Shown here: positions 32,599-42,148 of the stretch, one piece after another | Layout: each line of letters starts with the position of its first letter | How positions within the stretch are numbered: position 1 is the first letter of the stretch | IMG/VR virus record: IMGVR_UViG_3300025838_000023 | Coordinates: 32,001-96,000 of that record | Source of the DNA: a virus | Lineage: Duplodnaviria; Caudoviricetes | DNA: 64,000 bases | Strand: one strand, 5' to 3' | Notes under the pieces: generated by a model | What the model was told of the DNA's origin: nothing | What the model saw: only the letters and a program-made list of their open reading frames with translations | Databases searched by the model: none | Translations under genes and position numbers: made by a program

Positions 32599-33339
32599 TT
32601 ATTCTTTAAAAATTTTAATATGCGTTCTTGGAATAGCATTAAAAGTGAAAACCGCATAACATATTTTCGGAATCTGGACAAATGCCATATCTAAAAAATA
32701 CTCTTCATCAGTATTAAAATTTGGTGATACTTCTAATGCAATCATATCCTCCACATTTTTATTTTTATCTTTTGCCAACATTTCTTTTAATTTGGGAATG
32801 CATTTTTCTGGATCATTTGTAATAAATAAATAAATTCGATTTCCTTGATGTGAAAATGTTGTTCTACTATCCTTCGCACAAAGCCCAATTTTCATTATTT
32901 TATCCAATATACTTTTTTCCGTTATATGAAACATTCTAATTTTATTCATAGGAAATTTAAGAACAACAGGAAATTTTGGTTCCATTTGATATAACTTTGT
33001 AATACTTCCTTTATAATTAAAATTTAAATCTTGTTTTGCAATAAAATATCCACATTGATCTAAAATTCTTTGCATTTCTTTTAGATCATTAAAATCTTGG
33101 TCAAAAATAAAAACTACAGTATTTGGATTTTTAAGCTGTGGGCGAGTTACATATCCAATTAAAAGATTGTCTTCCTCTATATGAACGATTCTACCTTTAA
33201 AAGCATAATTCATTGCAGATTTAAAATTATCAGAACTATACGAAAATATCAAACCTTCTCGTAACATAACTTTTTGTTCCGTCCGTTGAAAGAACCTCGT
33301 ATGTTTAAATATATTCTCCGCTAGTTCATCAAATTCCAT
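32599..33339 (-). CDS. ART-fold / KptA-like domain protein, paralogue of 19271-19978
   Basis: EGLI.S; EPKFPV; MFHIT..I.KIGL..NRIYL..IP. Confidence 0.55.
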   Translation of the reverse strand: MEFDELAENIFKHTRFFQRTEQKVMLREGLIFSYSSDNFKSAMNYAFKGRIVHIEEDNLLIGYVTRPQLKNPNTVVFIFDQDFNDLKEMQRILDQCGYFIAKQDLNFNYKGSITKLYQMEPKFPVVLKFPMNKIRMFHITEKSILDKIMKIGLCAKDSRTTFSHQGNRIYLFITNDPEKCIPKLKEMLAKDKNKNVEDMIALEVSPNFNTDEEYFLDMAFVQIPKICYAVFTFNAIPRTHIKIFKE

Positions 33340-33398
33340 AAGTCTTAAAAAAATTAGAATGGTGGCTAGTTTCCCAACCACCATTCTAAACATTCTTA

Positions 33399-33986
33399 TC
33401 AGTTGTTCGTTGGCTTCTTCAAGAACATATCCCATTCAGGGAAATTATTCTTGTTTGTGATCTGTTCACAAGGCTTTTTCCCTCTAGGAGCAAAAGGTTT
33501 CCATAAAGGAAATTTACCAAATTTTTCGTGGGACATATTACCACGTTCTGAATTTAAATCCCTATCACATAAGGCGACGTTTTCCCAAGAATCCACACCG
33601 TTGAGTGAGGTTGGTACCAGATGTTCTTTACTCATCTGAGAAGGTTTCAACTTCTTGCCAGAATAAATACAAGTATCTTTGTCTCTTTCTCTCAATGCCT
33701 TCATCGTCAATTTAGGTGCTTTGACAATCAATTTATCGAAATGGGTTGCGATAATAACTCTTGGAATCAAAACCCTAGAATTTACCGTAGAAATATAATC
33801 ATCCGTATCATTTACGGTAATATTCAACCATTCTCTCCAACGAAGAGGGGTAACTTGTCCATCCGCAGTATATAAACCAGTTACAGCACCAGCAGCCATG
33901 TCTTCCAAACTTTTTCTTACCGTTGAAAGCCCAATTACCTGCCAGTTCTTGTTTAGTTTTAATACTTCTTGATTTAGTTTGCTCAT
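33399..33986 (-). CDS. HNH endonuclease (McrA-like)
   Basis: VLKLN.NW, RD..TCIYSG, EHLVPTS..G..SWENVALC...N..RG; SD AAGGAG. Confidence 0.85.
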   Translation of the reverse strand: MSKLNQEVLKLNKNWQVIGLSTVRKSLEDMAAGAVTGLYTADGQVTPLRWREWLNITVNDTDDYISTVNSRVLIPRVIIATHFDKLIVKAPKLTMKALRERDKDTCIYSGKKLKPSQMSKEHLVPTSLNGVDSWENVALCDRDLNSERGNMSHEKFGKFPLWKPFAPRGKKPCEQITNKNNFPEWDMFLKKPTNN

Positions 33987-34006
33987 ATTTTCTCCTTTTG
34001 TTAAAT

Positions 34007-34442
34007 TACAGTTAGATAAAACATCAATTTTTATCTTTTTAAATGGGCAGGGACTGTAAGCTCCTACCAACCATAGAAGAAAGTGAATAACTTGGTGTTT
34101 ATTCCGATCAACGAATACGGTTATGTATGCATAATACGGGTCTTCGGGTATTTCATAGGGTTACATACCTTTTCCGATTCGACTATACATACACTGGTTA
34201 ATTACAGTAATAAAACAATTTAATTTTCTGATAACCTATCTTACGATTAAACCTTTAGATTCTATCTTATTTTATACCTTATCTTCCTCTTTTATTTTTG
34301 TTTCGAATATTAAAATACCCCCTCTCTTCTAATACTCTGTTCTTATTTAATCATAAATAATTTTTAAATCAACTACTATTTACATTTAATTCATATCATT
34401 CCTTTATAAAAATGTATATTATATGCGACTAGTCGCTAACAC
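34007..34442 (-). mobile_element. Non-coding mini-element B, copy 1
   Basis: Near-identical to 53019-53454; AC/GT core at both junctions; sits between the HNH promoter and its SD. Confidence 0.82.
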
Positions 34443-34478
34443 ACATAATATACGGTGTTTATTGTTTATAGTCAAGTT

Positions 34479-35558
34479 TTATTTATGAAAATCAATCAGA
34501 AAATGGGTCATACGCAGTTTTTTCACTTCTGCTCTGGATTTTCTATTAATTTTTAACATTTTCAATCTTTCCGCTTCTTTTTGGTTTATTTTATTTATTT
34601 GTTCTAATTCTTCTGGAGTTATATCATCTGCTGCATCGCCTCTACCAAAAGTGCTTAAGAATTTATTAACTTTATATGCCATACCATGAACTTTAATATA
34701 AATGTCTTTTTCGTTCATACTATTACCACAACATTTTAAACAATCTATACATAAAGTTCCATCTATAGCATTAGTGCAAGGAATTTCATTTTTCTTTTTC
34801 ACAAACCAATTAGGGGAAATTCTAAATGTTTTCCATCCCATATTTTTTGCAGTTTCGTATTGACTTGGAGTATCTATTGATGCCATCAAATATTTTTTAT
34901 ATGATGAAAACATTGGATTCTTCCATTGATGTGTATATCCAGTAATTCCTTTACTAACATTTGCAATTTTTTCAATTATAGAAAATGGTATTACAATAGG
35001 TTCTCCGTATGCTCCAAATCTTACATATTCTCCTCTAAATTTATCCCAATCTCCCATTTCTAAATATGTAGATATCTTACTTTCTACATTAGTATTATCA
35101 AATTTTGTGTTTGGTGGACATATACTTGGATAATTGCCTTTTTTATAGGATTGATAAATATTTCCAACGCCCTGTCCAAGGTTTACATAACATCCTTTAC
35201 CTCTCATTGCACAATTGAAACATACTCCCTTATCCTGACCAGTTTTGACAGCAACAGTAGGTTCCACATCAGCAAGCATAATATAAACCTGAATCATCGG
35301 TCCAGTTTTTTCGTTTGAACTTCTATCATTAAATCCTGTAGCAATACATACAATTTTTTCACCATTAGAAATGCCATGATAAATAATATATCCATTAGAA
35401 TTAACTCGTTCTTCGTTTAATTGTCGTTGATTACTATGGTATATTTCCTCTTTGGTTAATATACTTCCACAACAATTACATACAGAATTTCGTAATATTC
35501 CCTCTTGCTTAACTTCTGTATATGCCTTTTCTAATAAAATCTGATCTTTTGTATTCAT
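34479..35558 (-). CDS. Cys-rich phage protein (Gp88-like / radical-SAM-like)
   Basis: SNEKTGPMIQ, VC..C....CY, RFGAYGEP, GYTHQW, MASID, C..C..C. Confidence 0.6.
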   Translation of the reverse strand: MNTKDQILLEKAYTEVKQEGILRNSVCNCCGSILTKEEIYHSNQRQLNEERVNSNGYIIYHGISNGEKIVCIATGFNDRSSNEKTGPMIQVYIMLADVEPTVAVKTGQDKGVCFNCAMRGKGCYVNLGQGVGNIYQSYKKGNYPSICPPNTKFDNTNVESKISTYLEMGDWDKFRGEYVRFGAYGEPIVIPFSIIEKIANVSKGITGYTHQWKNPMFSSYKKYLMASIDTPSQYETAKNMGWKTFRISPNWFVKKKNEIPCTNAIDGTLCIDCLKCCGNSMNEKDIYIKVHGMAYKVNKFLSTFGRGDAADDITPEELEQINKINQKEAERLKMLKINRKSRAEVKKLRMTHFLIDFHK

Positions 35559-35568
35559 TATGGAATAT

Positions 35569-36234
35569 TTAATGCAAATCTTCAATAAAAACTTCCAAAT
35601 GATCTTTTGTTATGTTAGAAAATGGTTGTCCTGTGCGTTTCCAATTAGGATCATATTTAGCATTTTTGGTATTTCCCCAACTACTAAAAATATCCGAACT
35701 TAAGGCATTATGGACTTCTTTTTTTAAAGCTTCAATATAAGTTTCAAAAGAAGTTTTTATCCAATCACCACGTTCGATTAGTATTTTATTTCTAGGAGTA
35801 GTTTCTTTTAAATGATGCCAAATATCCCCATAATAATCAAAAACTCGCATCTTTGGAATCTGTTTTTCAGGCCATTTCTTCTCTACATCATCAGGATCAT
35901 ATATCTTATTGCCTTTATGATCTTTCTTATATTCCCATTTTGTTGTTCCTCCCAATAAAAACAATTCAACATAAGGCCAAAGAAATGCATAAATACCTTT
36001 TCTTGCTGGAGGAGTATGAAAGGTAGGAGGAAGTTTTTTACCCTCTTCATCATCAAACGAAATTCCTATTGGTATATCATCCGGTTCATCAACATTCTTC
36101 CAACGCTTAAATCCTTTTTGTGGCACAGGAGATAACCCACCATAACGAGCAAATCTTACTGGTTTTCCTGCAACTTTAAAAATTTTCTTATTTCTAACAA
36201 AATTTTCATATAAATCTTCTAACTCTTCATTCAT
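35569..36234 (-). CDS. Hypothetical protein
   Basis: FARYGGLSP, FHTPP.RKGIYAF, IWHHL. Confidence 0.55.
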   Translation of the reverse strand: MNEELEDLYENFVRNKKIFKVAGKPVRFARYGGLSPVPQKGFKRWKNVDEPDDIPIGISFDDEEGKKLPPTFHTPPARKGIYAFLWPYVELFLLGGTTKWEYKKDHKGNKIYDPDDVEKKWPEKQIPKMRVFDYYGDIWHHLKETTPRNKILIERGDWIKTSFETYIEALKKEVHNALSSDIFSSWGNTKNAKYDPNWKRTGQPFSNITKDHLEVFIEDLH

Positions 36235-36536
36235 CCCATTATTTTTTTGTATATTGTTTTTAATGTATCATTTTCATCAAATACATCACCAAAAATTTTC
36301 GCATATCCCTTTTCTACCCAAAGTAACCACGCAGTTTTCCAATCTATCTCTATATTTTGATTTTTACTCTCTTCGTATTTGAATTTATTAACGCAAGCAC
36401 TCTGTAGCAACAATCTTTCGTTATATTTATTATCATGCAGAACCATCTCTTTTAAAACGCAATAATCATTTTCTCCTTTGTGGCATGGTTGATCACAAGT
36501 AATTTCATTTATAAGTTTTTGATTTTTTGTGCTCAT
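36231..36536 (-). CDS. Hypothetical protein
   Basis: ORF. Confidence 0.5.
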   Translation of the reverse strand: MSTKNQKLINEITCDQPCHKGENDYCVLKEMVLHDNKYNERLLLQSACVNKFKYEESKNQNIEIDWKTAWLLWVEKGYAKIFGDVFDENDTLKTIYKKIMG

Positions 36537-36589
36537 AATATTAAAATCTTACGTGAAATTACGAAGAAGTCAATATTATTTATCGAAAA

Positions 36590-36685
36590 TGGCGGAAAGT
36601 TGAGGATTTGCACCCCATGCACGATTGGTTACGGCACTACCTGTTTTCGAGGCAGGATCAGCATCGCTTGTCTGATTAACTTTCC
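36590..36685 (-). tRNA. tRNA-Ser(CGA)
   Basis: Cloverleaf, loop CT-CGA-AA, long V arm, CCA. Confidence 0.85.
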
Positions 36686-36695
36686 ATAAAGATTT

Positions 36696-36728
36696 AAAAG
36701 GGTGGGAGGAGATTTCCTCCCACCCTTC
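36696..36728 (-). terminator. Hairpin terminator after hsp20
   Basis: AAGGGTGGGAGGA/TCCTCCCACCCTT + TT. Confidence 0.65.
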
Positions 36729-36733
36729 ATTAT

Positions 36734-37138
36734 TTAACTAATTTTAATTGTTTTTGGTTTGCTTTCCTCACTTCGTTTAAAAGTGATTTGCAATATTCCA
36801 TTTTCAAGTTTCGCATCAACAGGATCAGCAACAACTCCATTAGGAACTGTGCTAGAGAAATACGCAGATTTCTTAGCGTTTTTACAATCAATAAAAAGAG
36901 TTTTCTTATCAATTGTAATTTTAATATCCTCTTTTGCGAAACCAGGAACTTCGACATCCACGGTAATATTCTCTTCATCCCCACCAACAGAGATAGGAAC
37001 AAATGGTTTAATTACTGATGGAAAATCGAAATCATCAAAGTTACCATTCCACCGAGTAGGCCAAAAGTCAAAAAGGCTATGCAATGGTGATAATACTCTA
37101 TCTGATTTCTTTACTATTTCTTTATTATATGTTGTCAT
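36734..37138 (-). CDS. Small heat-shock protein Hsp20
   Basis: VEVPGF.KEDI.I..A.LENGILQI. Confidence 0.9.
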   Translation of the reverse strand: MTTYNKEIVKKSDRVLSPLHSLFDFWPTRWNGNFDDFDFPSVIKPFVPISVGGDEENITVDVEVPGFAKEDIKITIDKKTLFIDCKNAKKSAYFSSTVPNGVVADPVDAKLENGILQITFKRSEESKPKTIKIS

Positions 37139-37250
37139 GTTTTTTATTTAGTTTAGTTTGTAATCGCCTTTTAGTTTAGGTTAGTTTGTTGTATTTGTGG
37201 CGATATTGAACAAATACAAAATTATTTATCTTCAAAGTATTTTAGCACAA

Positions 37251-37571
37251 CTAAAAATTTTGTCTATAATAAATCATAAAACTTTTCACAGTATTTTGAT
37301 TGTCTTTATCTGTGTATATTTTTGCAGTCACATAACAATGAATCTTGCCATCTAAATAAGGCTTGTTATAAATATCCCACCACATATTATAAGTCCCAGG
37401 ATCGTTATAATAATTGCATGGAGACATATCATATTCTGTAACTCCTACATTAGTTTCAATAGAAGATGTATATTCTTGTATTGACGAACATGAGGATAAA
37501 AATAACAATGAAATCAATACCAATATAACAAAACAAAAATCAAATATTAATTGTATTTTATCATTTTTCAT
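37251..37571 (-). CDS. Putative lipoprotein
   Basis: Hydrophobic signal + LSSC lipobox. Confidence 0.55.
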   Translation of the reverse strand: MKNDKIQLIFDFCFVILVLISLLFLSSCSSIQEYTSSIETNVGVTEYDMSPCNYYNDPGTYNMWWDIYNKPYLDGKIHCYVTAKIYTDKDNQNTVKSFMIYYRQNF

Positions 37572-38455
37572 ATTACGGGATGAACATTGAAAACCGTCTC
37601 TAATTTTGCAATCTCAACTTCAATTTTAGGAACATAACCTTTCGGTAAACGATTCTCGATACCTGCAAATTCTACATTTTCATCAACCACAAAGGTTAAA
37701 CGTAAATCAGTTAAATTTAGCATTATTTGAGAAGATGTCCAAACTTTATAATTTGTTCTATATGGTTCTAAATATCCTAAAACATTTTTTCTATGAGTTC
37801 TAAGCAATCTTAATAAATCTTCTGGTGTCTTTGCCATTCTTGCATCTTTATTAGCGAAAAATACACGACTTAACGTAGATTCTCTATCATCTCCATGTTG
37901 ATACCCTTGATCAGGATAAGCAATACCGTGATTTGCTCTTACCACAATTTCATTCTTATCATGCTGTATAAACTTCGGCTTACCAAAAGATAATTTCTCA
38001 ATGGATAACAAACCATCTTTATGTCCTATTACAGTATGCCCTCCTAACCCACGATGATACAAATCTAATATCTTTGCAATTTTTCTTATATCACTATATC
38101 CTAAAGCAGTTCGTATTTTATGCCCATCTTCATTAAGTTTTGAATTTTCTCGTTTCTTATCATCCGTTCCTTCTTTTTCATCTTCCTTACCAGTCAATGT
38201 AGTATTAAGAATTCCAATACCTTCAGCATTCATACCTTCAGCATAATCAGTATCAATATCATACATATACGCACATTCAATACCATTAATAATCTCTCTA
38301 ACAATCTTTAGTTTCGGATAATAACAACGGTCACGATTTTTACACAGAATATATTTACCATCAATTAACGTAGAAACGGAAACACATTCATTCAATAGCT
38401 CATTAGCCTTTATTTGCTTATATGCTTCTTGTAATAAAATCTCGTCTTTCTTCAT
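37568..38455 (-). CDS. Ntn-hydrolase-like protein (C45/NRDE-like)
   Basis: NE-CVSV..KNRDR, EGMNAEGIGI.N, RANHG, S.SR, TSSQ. Confidence 0.6.
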   Translation of the reverse strand: MKKDEILLQEAYKQIKANELLNECVSVSTLIDGKYILCKNRDRCYYPKLKIVREIINGIECAYMYDIDTDYAEGMNAEGIGILNTTLTGKEDEKEGTDDKKRENSKLNEDGHKIRTALGYSDIRKIAKILDLYHRGLGGHTVIGHKDGLLSIEKLSFGKPKFIQHDKNEIVVRANHGIAYPDQGYQHGDDRESTLSRVFFANKDARMAKTPEDLLRLLRTHRKNVLGYLEPYRTNYKVWTSSQIMLNLTDLRLTFVVDENVEFAGIENRLPKGYVPKIEVEIAKLETVFNVHPVI

Positions 38456-38478
38456 ACTACTATTTAACAAAAATCGTA

Positions 38479-38736
38479 TTACAAACCAGCTTTATCGAGT
38501 TTTGTATAGTATTTTGATTTTCCTGGTTGCACTAAATGATCCTTTGCGGTCTTTTTAGCCATTGCCTTTTCTATTCCTATTTTATTAGGGTCTTTTTCTT
38601 TAGGATCGCGGAAATGTTCTTCATATTCATCCTTTATTCCTTTTTTAAGTTCTTTAGGATCAACTTTATTATCAGGAGATTTTCTAGATAACCCACCAGG
38701 AAGTATTTTTTTAACCAATGCATCGAATTTATTCAT
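38479..38736 (-). CDS. DUF5661-like small phage protein
   Basis: ELKKGI..EEH..AKDHL..YYTKL. Confidence 0.6.
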   Translation of the reverse strand: MNKFDALVKKILPGGLSRKSPDNKVDPKELKKGIKDEYEEHFRDPKEKDPNKIGIEKAMAKKTAKDHLVQPGKSKYYTKLDKAGL

Positions 38737-38763
38737 AATATTACTTATCTAAATATAAGCAAT

Positions 38764-40005
38764 CTATTTTCTATTCTTGATATCAGATAAAAGTTCTTCC
38801 AGAACCAAATTTAAGTTTTTAATTCCTAAATTCCCCTTTCCATGCACTCGCAAACCAACATTTTCATCTTCTACATCTCTATCTCCAATTACTAACATAG
38901 TATGAGATTTTTCTTGTTCTGCCTTTCGTATCTTATTTTTAATGTTATCATTCGACAAATCAGATTTAACTCTAATACCACTATACAATAATTTCATTTT
39001 AATAAATTCTGCATATTTCAGAACAGACTCGGTATTTTTAACCGTCATAATATTAATTTGTATTGGGGAAAGCCATAACGGAAAATTGCCATTATAATGT
39101 TCAATAAGAAATCCTATAAATCTTTCATGTGTACCCAATGGAGCACGATGAATACATAAAGGAGTTTCCTCAGTGTTATTTTCAGTTTTATATTTTAAAT
39201 TGAATCTAGCAGGAACAGCAAAATCTATTTGGTTTGTGGCAAGAGTGAATTCTTTTCCTGCCGTTGACCAAACTTGAACATCAATTTTAGGACCATAAAA
39301 TGCAGCTTCATTAGGAACTTCAACAAAATTAATACCACTTTTAATTAAAGCATTACGTAACATATCCTCGGTTTTCTTCCATAATTCAGGAGAGTCTACA
39401 AATTTCTGGCCGAGTTTAGATGAGTCGTGAGTAGAAAACCGCATTAAATATTTTTCAATACCAAAGATTTTAAAATATTTGAGATACATTTCATTAACTG
39501 CATTGAATTCTTTTTCAAATTGATCTTCGGTACAATAAATATGTGCATCATTCATTTGCATACTTCTTACTCGCATTAATCCAAAAAGTTCTCCTGATTG
39601 TTCATAACGATAACAAGTCCCATATTCAGCAAGTCGTAAAGGTAAATCACGGTAGCTTCGAGGAGATGAACCAAATATTTTATGATGATGTGGGCAGTTC
39701 ATTGCTTTGAGATAATATTTCTCAATATTCCCACTCTCGCTTTCCATATTCATAAAAGGAAACATCCTATCCTCATAATATGGAAGATGCCCGCTTGTCA
39801 GATATAAATTTTCTCTAGCAATATGAGGGGTACGTACTCTATCATATCCCGCAAGAAATTCAGTTTCTTTTGCCAGTTTTTCAAGTTCTTCAATTAAAAC
39901 CGTTCCACTTGGCAACCAAAGCGGAAGTCCTGCCCCCACATCATCATCAAAACAAAACAGTTTCAAAGTTTTCCCTATTTCCCTATGATCATTTATCTCT
40001 ACCAT
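38764..40005 (-). CDS. thrS: Threonyl-tRNA synthetase lacking the N-terminal TGS/editing domains
   Basis: DHREIG, SGHLPYY, KAMNCPHH, SYRDLPLR, RYEQSG, AFYGPKID, HRAPLGTHERF. Confidence 0.95.
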   Translation of the reverse strand: MVEINDHREIGKTLKLFCFDDDVGAGLPLWLPSGTVLIEELEKLAKETEFLAGYDRVRTPHIARENLYLTSGHLPYYEDRMFPFMNMESESGNIEKYYLKAMNCPHHHKIFGSSPRSYRDLPLRLAEYGTCYRYEQSGELFGLMRVRSMQMNDAHIYCTEDQFEKEFNAVNEMYLKYFKIFGIEKYLMRFSTHDSSKLGQKFVDSPELWKKTEDMLRNALIKSGINFVEVPNEAAFYGPKIDVQVWSTAGKEFTLATNQIDFAVPARFNLKYKTENNTEETPLCIHRAPLGTHERFIGFLIEHYNGNFPLWLSPIQINIMTVKNTESVLKYAEFIKMKLLYSGIRVKSDLSNDNIKNKIRKAEQEKSHTMLVIGDRDVEDENVGLRVHGKGNLGIKNLNLVLEELLSDIKNRK

Positions 40006-40029
40006 ATTTAAATTTTATCTACGTTTTCT

Positions 40030-40356
40030 TTATTCAGGTTCCAAATATGCCTCAACGCAATCCAATAAATTCTTTAGATTTGTAATTTTGAATTCTTTTC
40101 CTCCATTGAGAGAAACCTTCAATTTTTTCTTCCCACATTCGTTTTCCCAAATATACCAATCTAACCATTCATGTTTATCACCTAAAAGCATCGACAAAGT
40201 TTTAGTATAGTTATCAAAACCATCATATAAAGCTTTCAAAACTTTACAATCAGGATCACAACTATATAAACTTCGCAATTCATCGTAAACTTTTCCAATA
40301 ACATGAAAATTATCTACCCAATCTTGCAACAATTTAAGTTTTTCAGTGCTGTTCAT
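40030..40356 (-). CDS. Hypothetical protein
   Basis: WLDWYIWENECG. Confidence 0.55.
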   Translation of the reverse strand: MNSTEKLKLLQDWVDNFHVIGKVYDELRSLYSCDPDCKVLKALYDGFDNYTKTLSMLLGDKHEWLDWYIWENECGKKKLKVSLNGGKEFKITNLKNLLDCVEAYLEPE

Positions 40357-40357
40357 A

Positions 40358-40567
40358 TTACTTATTCTCCTTTGAGAGTTGAAGATTAATTACTTCCTCT
40401 ACTGCTTGTCTTACTGCATCTTGATAATCTCTTGTACCAAATCTACGGCACAATGTCTCCAATTGCAAAGACAAAAAGGAATTCGAAACCTTAAATTTCT
40501 TTGATCGGATTTTTTGGATGTCTCTTCTCGATAATGTTTGTAAGTCATTTGTATTCATAATGCTCAT
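40358..40567 (-). CDS. Hypothetical (RHH-like) protein
   Basis: ORF with sigma70 promoter upstream. Confidence 0.45.
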   Translation of the reverse strand: MSIMNTNDLQTLSRRDIQKIRSKKFKVSNSFLSLQLETLCRRFGTRDYQDAVRQAVEEVINLQLSKENK

Positions 40568-40614
40568 ATATTATCACCACTTTATTGTTTTGTCAATGAG
40601 TTTTTTAAAATTTT

Positions 40615-40764
40615 TGGAGTTCCAGTAGGCTACGATCCTACATTATCTATGATAGTTACCGAAATAACCTCATTACGGCGATTTGAGTTCATCCACTCCA
40701 TCACTTCCGAATACTCTCTCTTTTTATGAGAGGATGTTTACCAATTTCATCATGGTTTAGCTCC
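40615..40764 (-). ncRNA. tRNA-like RNA with ~75-nt variable region
   Basis: D arm GATG-AAATTGGTAAA-CATC, CTCTC-ATAAAAA-GAGAG, T arm GTAGG/CCTAC, CCA. Confidence 0.55.
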
Positions 40765-40795
40765 AAAAATTTAAAGTTCATATATTTATCAAAAA

Positions 40796-40882
40796 TGGAG
40801 TGGGAGAGTGTTTTTCAACGAACCTTGGCATTTATGATAGCAACATCATAAATCTTCGGAGCAACCACCAAGCCTCCCCCAC
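40796..40882 (-). ncRNA. CCA-ending hairpin RNA
   Basis: GTGGG../..CCCAC-TCCA with internal ATTTATGAT/ATCATAAAT stem. Confidence 0.4.
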
Positions 40883-40884
40883 AT

Positions 40885-41412
40885 TTAAAATTTTTCACAA
40901 TCCTTAAATGATATTCCTTTCTTATCCTTTTCAGATATAACTAAAATGTCATTATCAGGCCACATAATATTCAAATCCGTATCATTCCATATAAGTGTTC
41001 TCTCCGCTTCTGGATTATATGGCTTATCTACCAAATAATTGAATTCTGCGGGAGATTCACCAACAACCATAAATCCATGCGCACAACCAGCAGGAACCCA
41101 TACCTTATTCCCAAATTCTTCACTCAATAAACATGAATCCCACTTACCAAACGTTTCCGAATCTTTGCGCAAATCTACAAAAACATCATAAACCATTCCT
41201 TTAGTAACCCAACATAATTTTCCTTGTGCAGAATCCCCCACTTGATAATGTAAACCTCGCAAAACCTTCGGAAATGATACACTATGATTAATCTGAACAA
41301 AATTACAGCCCTCAATCTTCCCACCCTCTACAAACATTCCTCTGTTATCTATATTGTATTTATCATGAGTTAATATCTTTGCTCCAACCACCTTAGTATC
41401 AGTATATTTCAT
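40885..41412 (-). CDS. rfbC: dTDP-4-dehydrorhamnose 3,5-epimerase
   Basis: DNRG.F, FVQ.NHS.S, LRGLHYQ, VDLR..S.TFGKW, AHGF, SEKD. Confidence 0.93.
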   Translation of the reverse strand: MKYTDTKVVGAKILTHDKYNIDNRGMFVEGGKIEGCNFVQINHSVSFPKVLRGLHYQVGDSAQGKLCWVTKGMVYDVFVDLRKDSETFGKWDSCLLSEEFGNKVWVPAGCAHGFMVVGESPAEFNYLVDKPYNPEAERTLIWNDTDLNIMWPDNDILVISEKDKKGISFKDCEKF

Positions 41413-41449
41413 TTCTATAGTTTATCAGAAATATCAAAAAATGCAAATC

Positions 41450-41523
41450 TGGTGGGAATTGATGGTAACTCTCCATCTACTTTACAATGTCAACGTAATA
41501 TGATAATTTTTCACTAAACTCCC
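41450..41523 (-). tRNA. tRNA-Val(GAC)
   Basis: TTACG-TTGACAT-TGTAA, CCA. Confidence 0.8.
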
Positions 41524-42107
41524 AACTTTATAAAAATATCCACAAGCTTTTTGATGATATTTCGACCAAACTTATGCTTATACTTTACTTGAAATTTCCA
41601 AAATAACATACCCAAATATGAAAATTTTAATCCATCAAAATATCTAACCAAATATTTGTCGGATAACTTACTCTTTAAAATTCCATGAACCAATAAATGC
41701 GAATCATCTAGAAATTCTATAACATCCACATCAGAATCAAATACTCTAGATGTTGCTTCATATGCCGAACTCCCACATAAAATAACTGGATTAGGAAAAT
41801 CAGTATTCACATATACTAAATGCGAAAAATCCTTGGTAACATCTTCCGAAGCTGAATAACCAAAAGGAACCTCTACTTCCCCTTCTTCAAGCTTTGGTGG
41901 TATATAATTTTTATTAAACCCAACAGTTTGATCAACAAAATCAAAAGCTTTAACTACATTCTTATCTGTATACTTGTAATAATCATCACTACTAATATAA
42001 CCAATATCTTCTTCCTTTACTTTAATTTTAGAATTTAAAACTTCATCATATCTTTTTGATAATTCTAATGTTGGATTCTCTTGTTTTTTCGGTGTTTGTT
42101 CGCTCAT
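41514..42107 (-). CDS. Hypothetical protein
   Basis: ORF; 3' end overlaps tRNA-Val. Confidence 0.5.
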   Translation of the reverse strand: MSEQTPKKQENPTLELSKRYDEVLNSKIKVKEEDIGYISSDDYYKYTDKNVVKAFDFVDQTVGFNKNYIPPKLEEGEVEVPFGYSASEDVTKDFSHLVYVNTDFPNPVILCGSSAYEATSRVFDSDVDVIEFLDDSHLLVHGILKSKLSDKYLVRYFDGLKFSYLGMLFWKFQVKYKHKFGRNIIKKLVDIFIKLGV

Positions 42108-42148
42108 ATTTTTTATATTTATCTTATAGTTAATTTTAATCAAACTTT

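Noticed and set aside
33987-34070. N-terminal extension MVGAYSPC.. of the HNH gene
   Set aside because: Lies largely in mini-element B; the SD-preceded ATG is at 33986.
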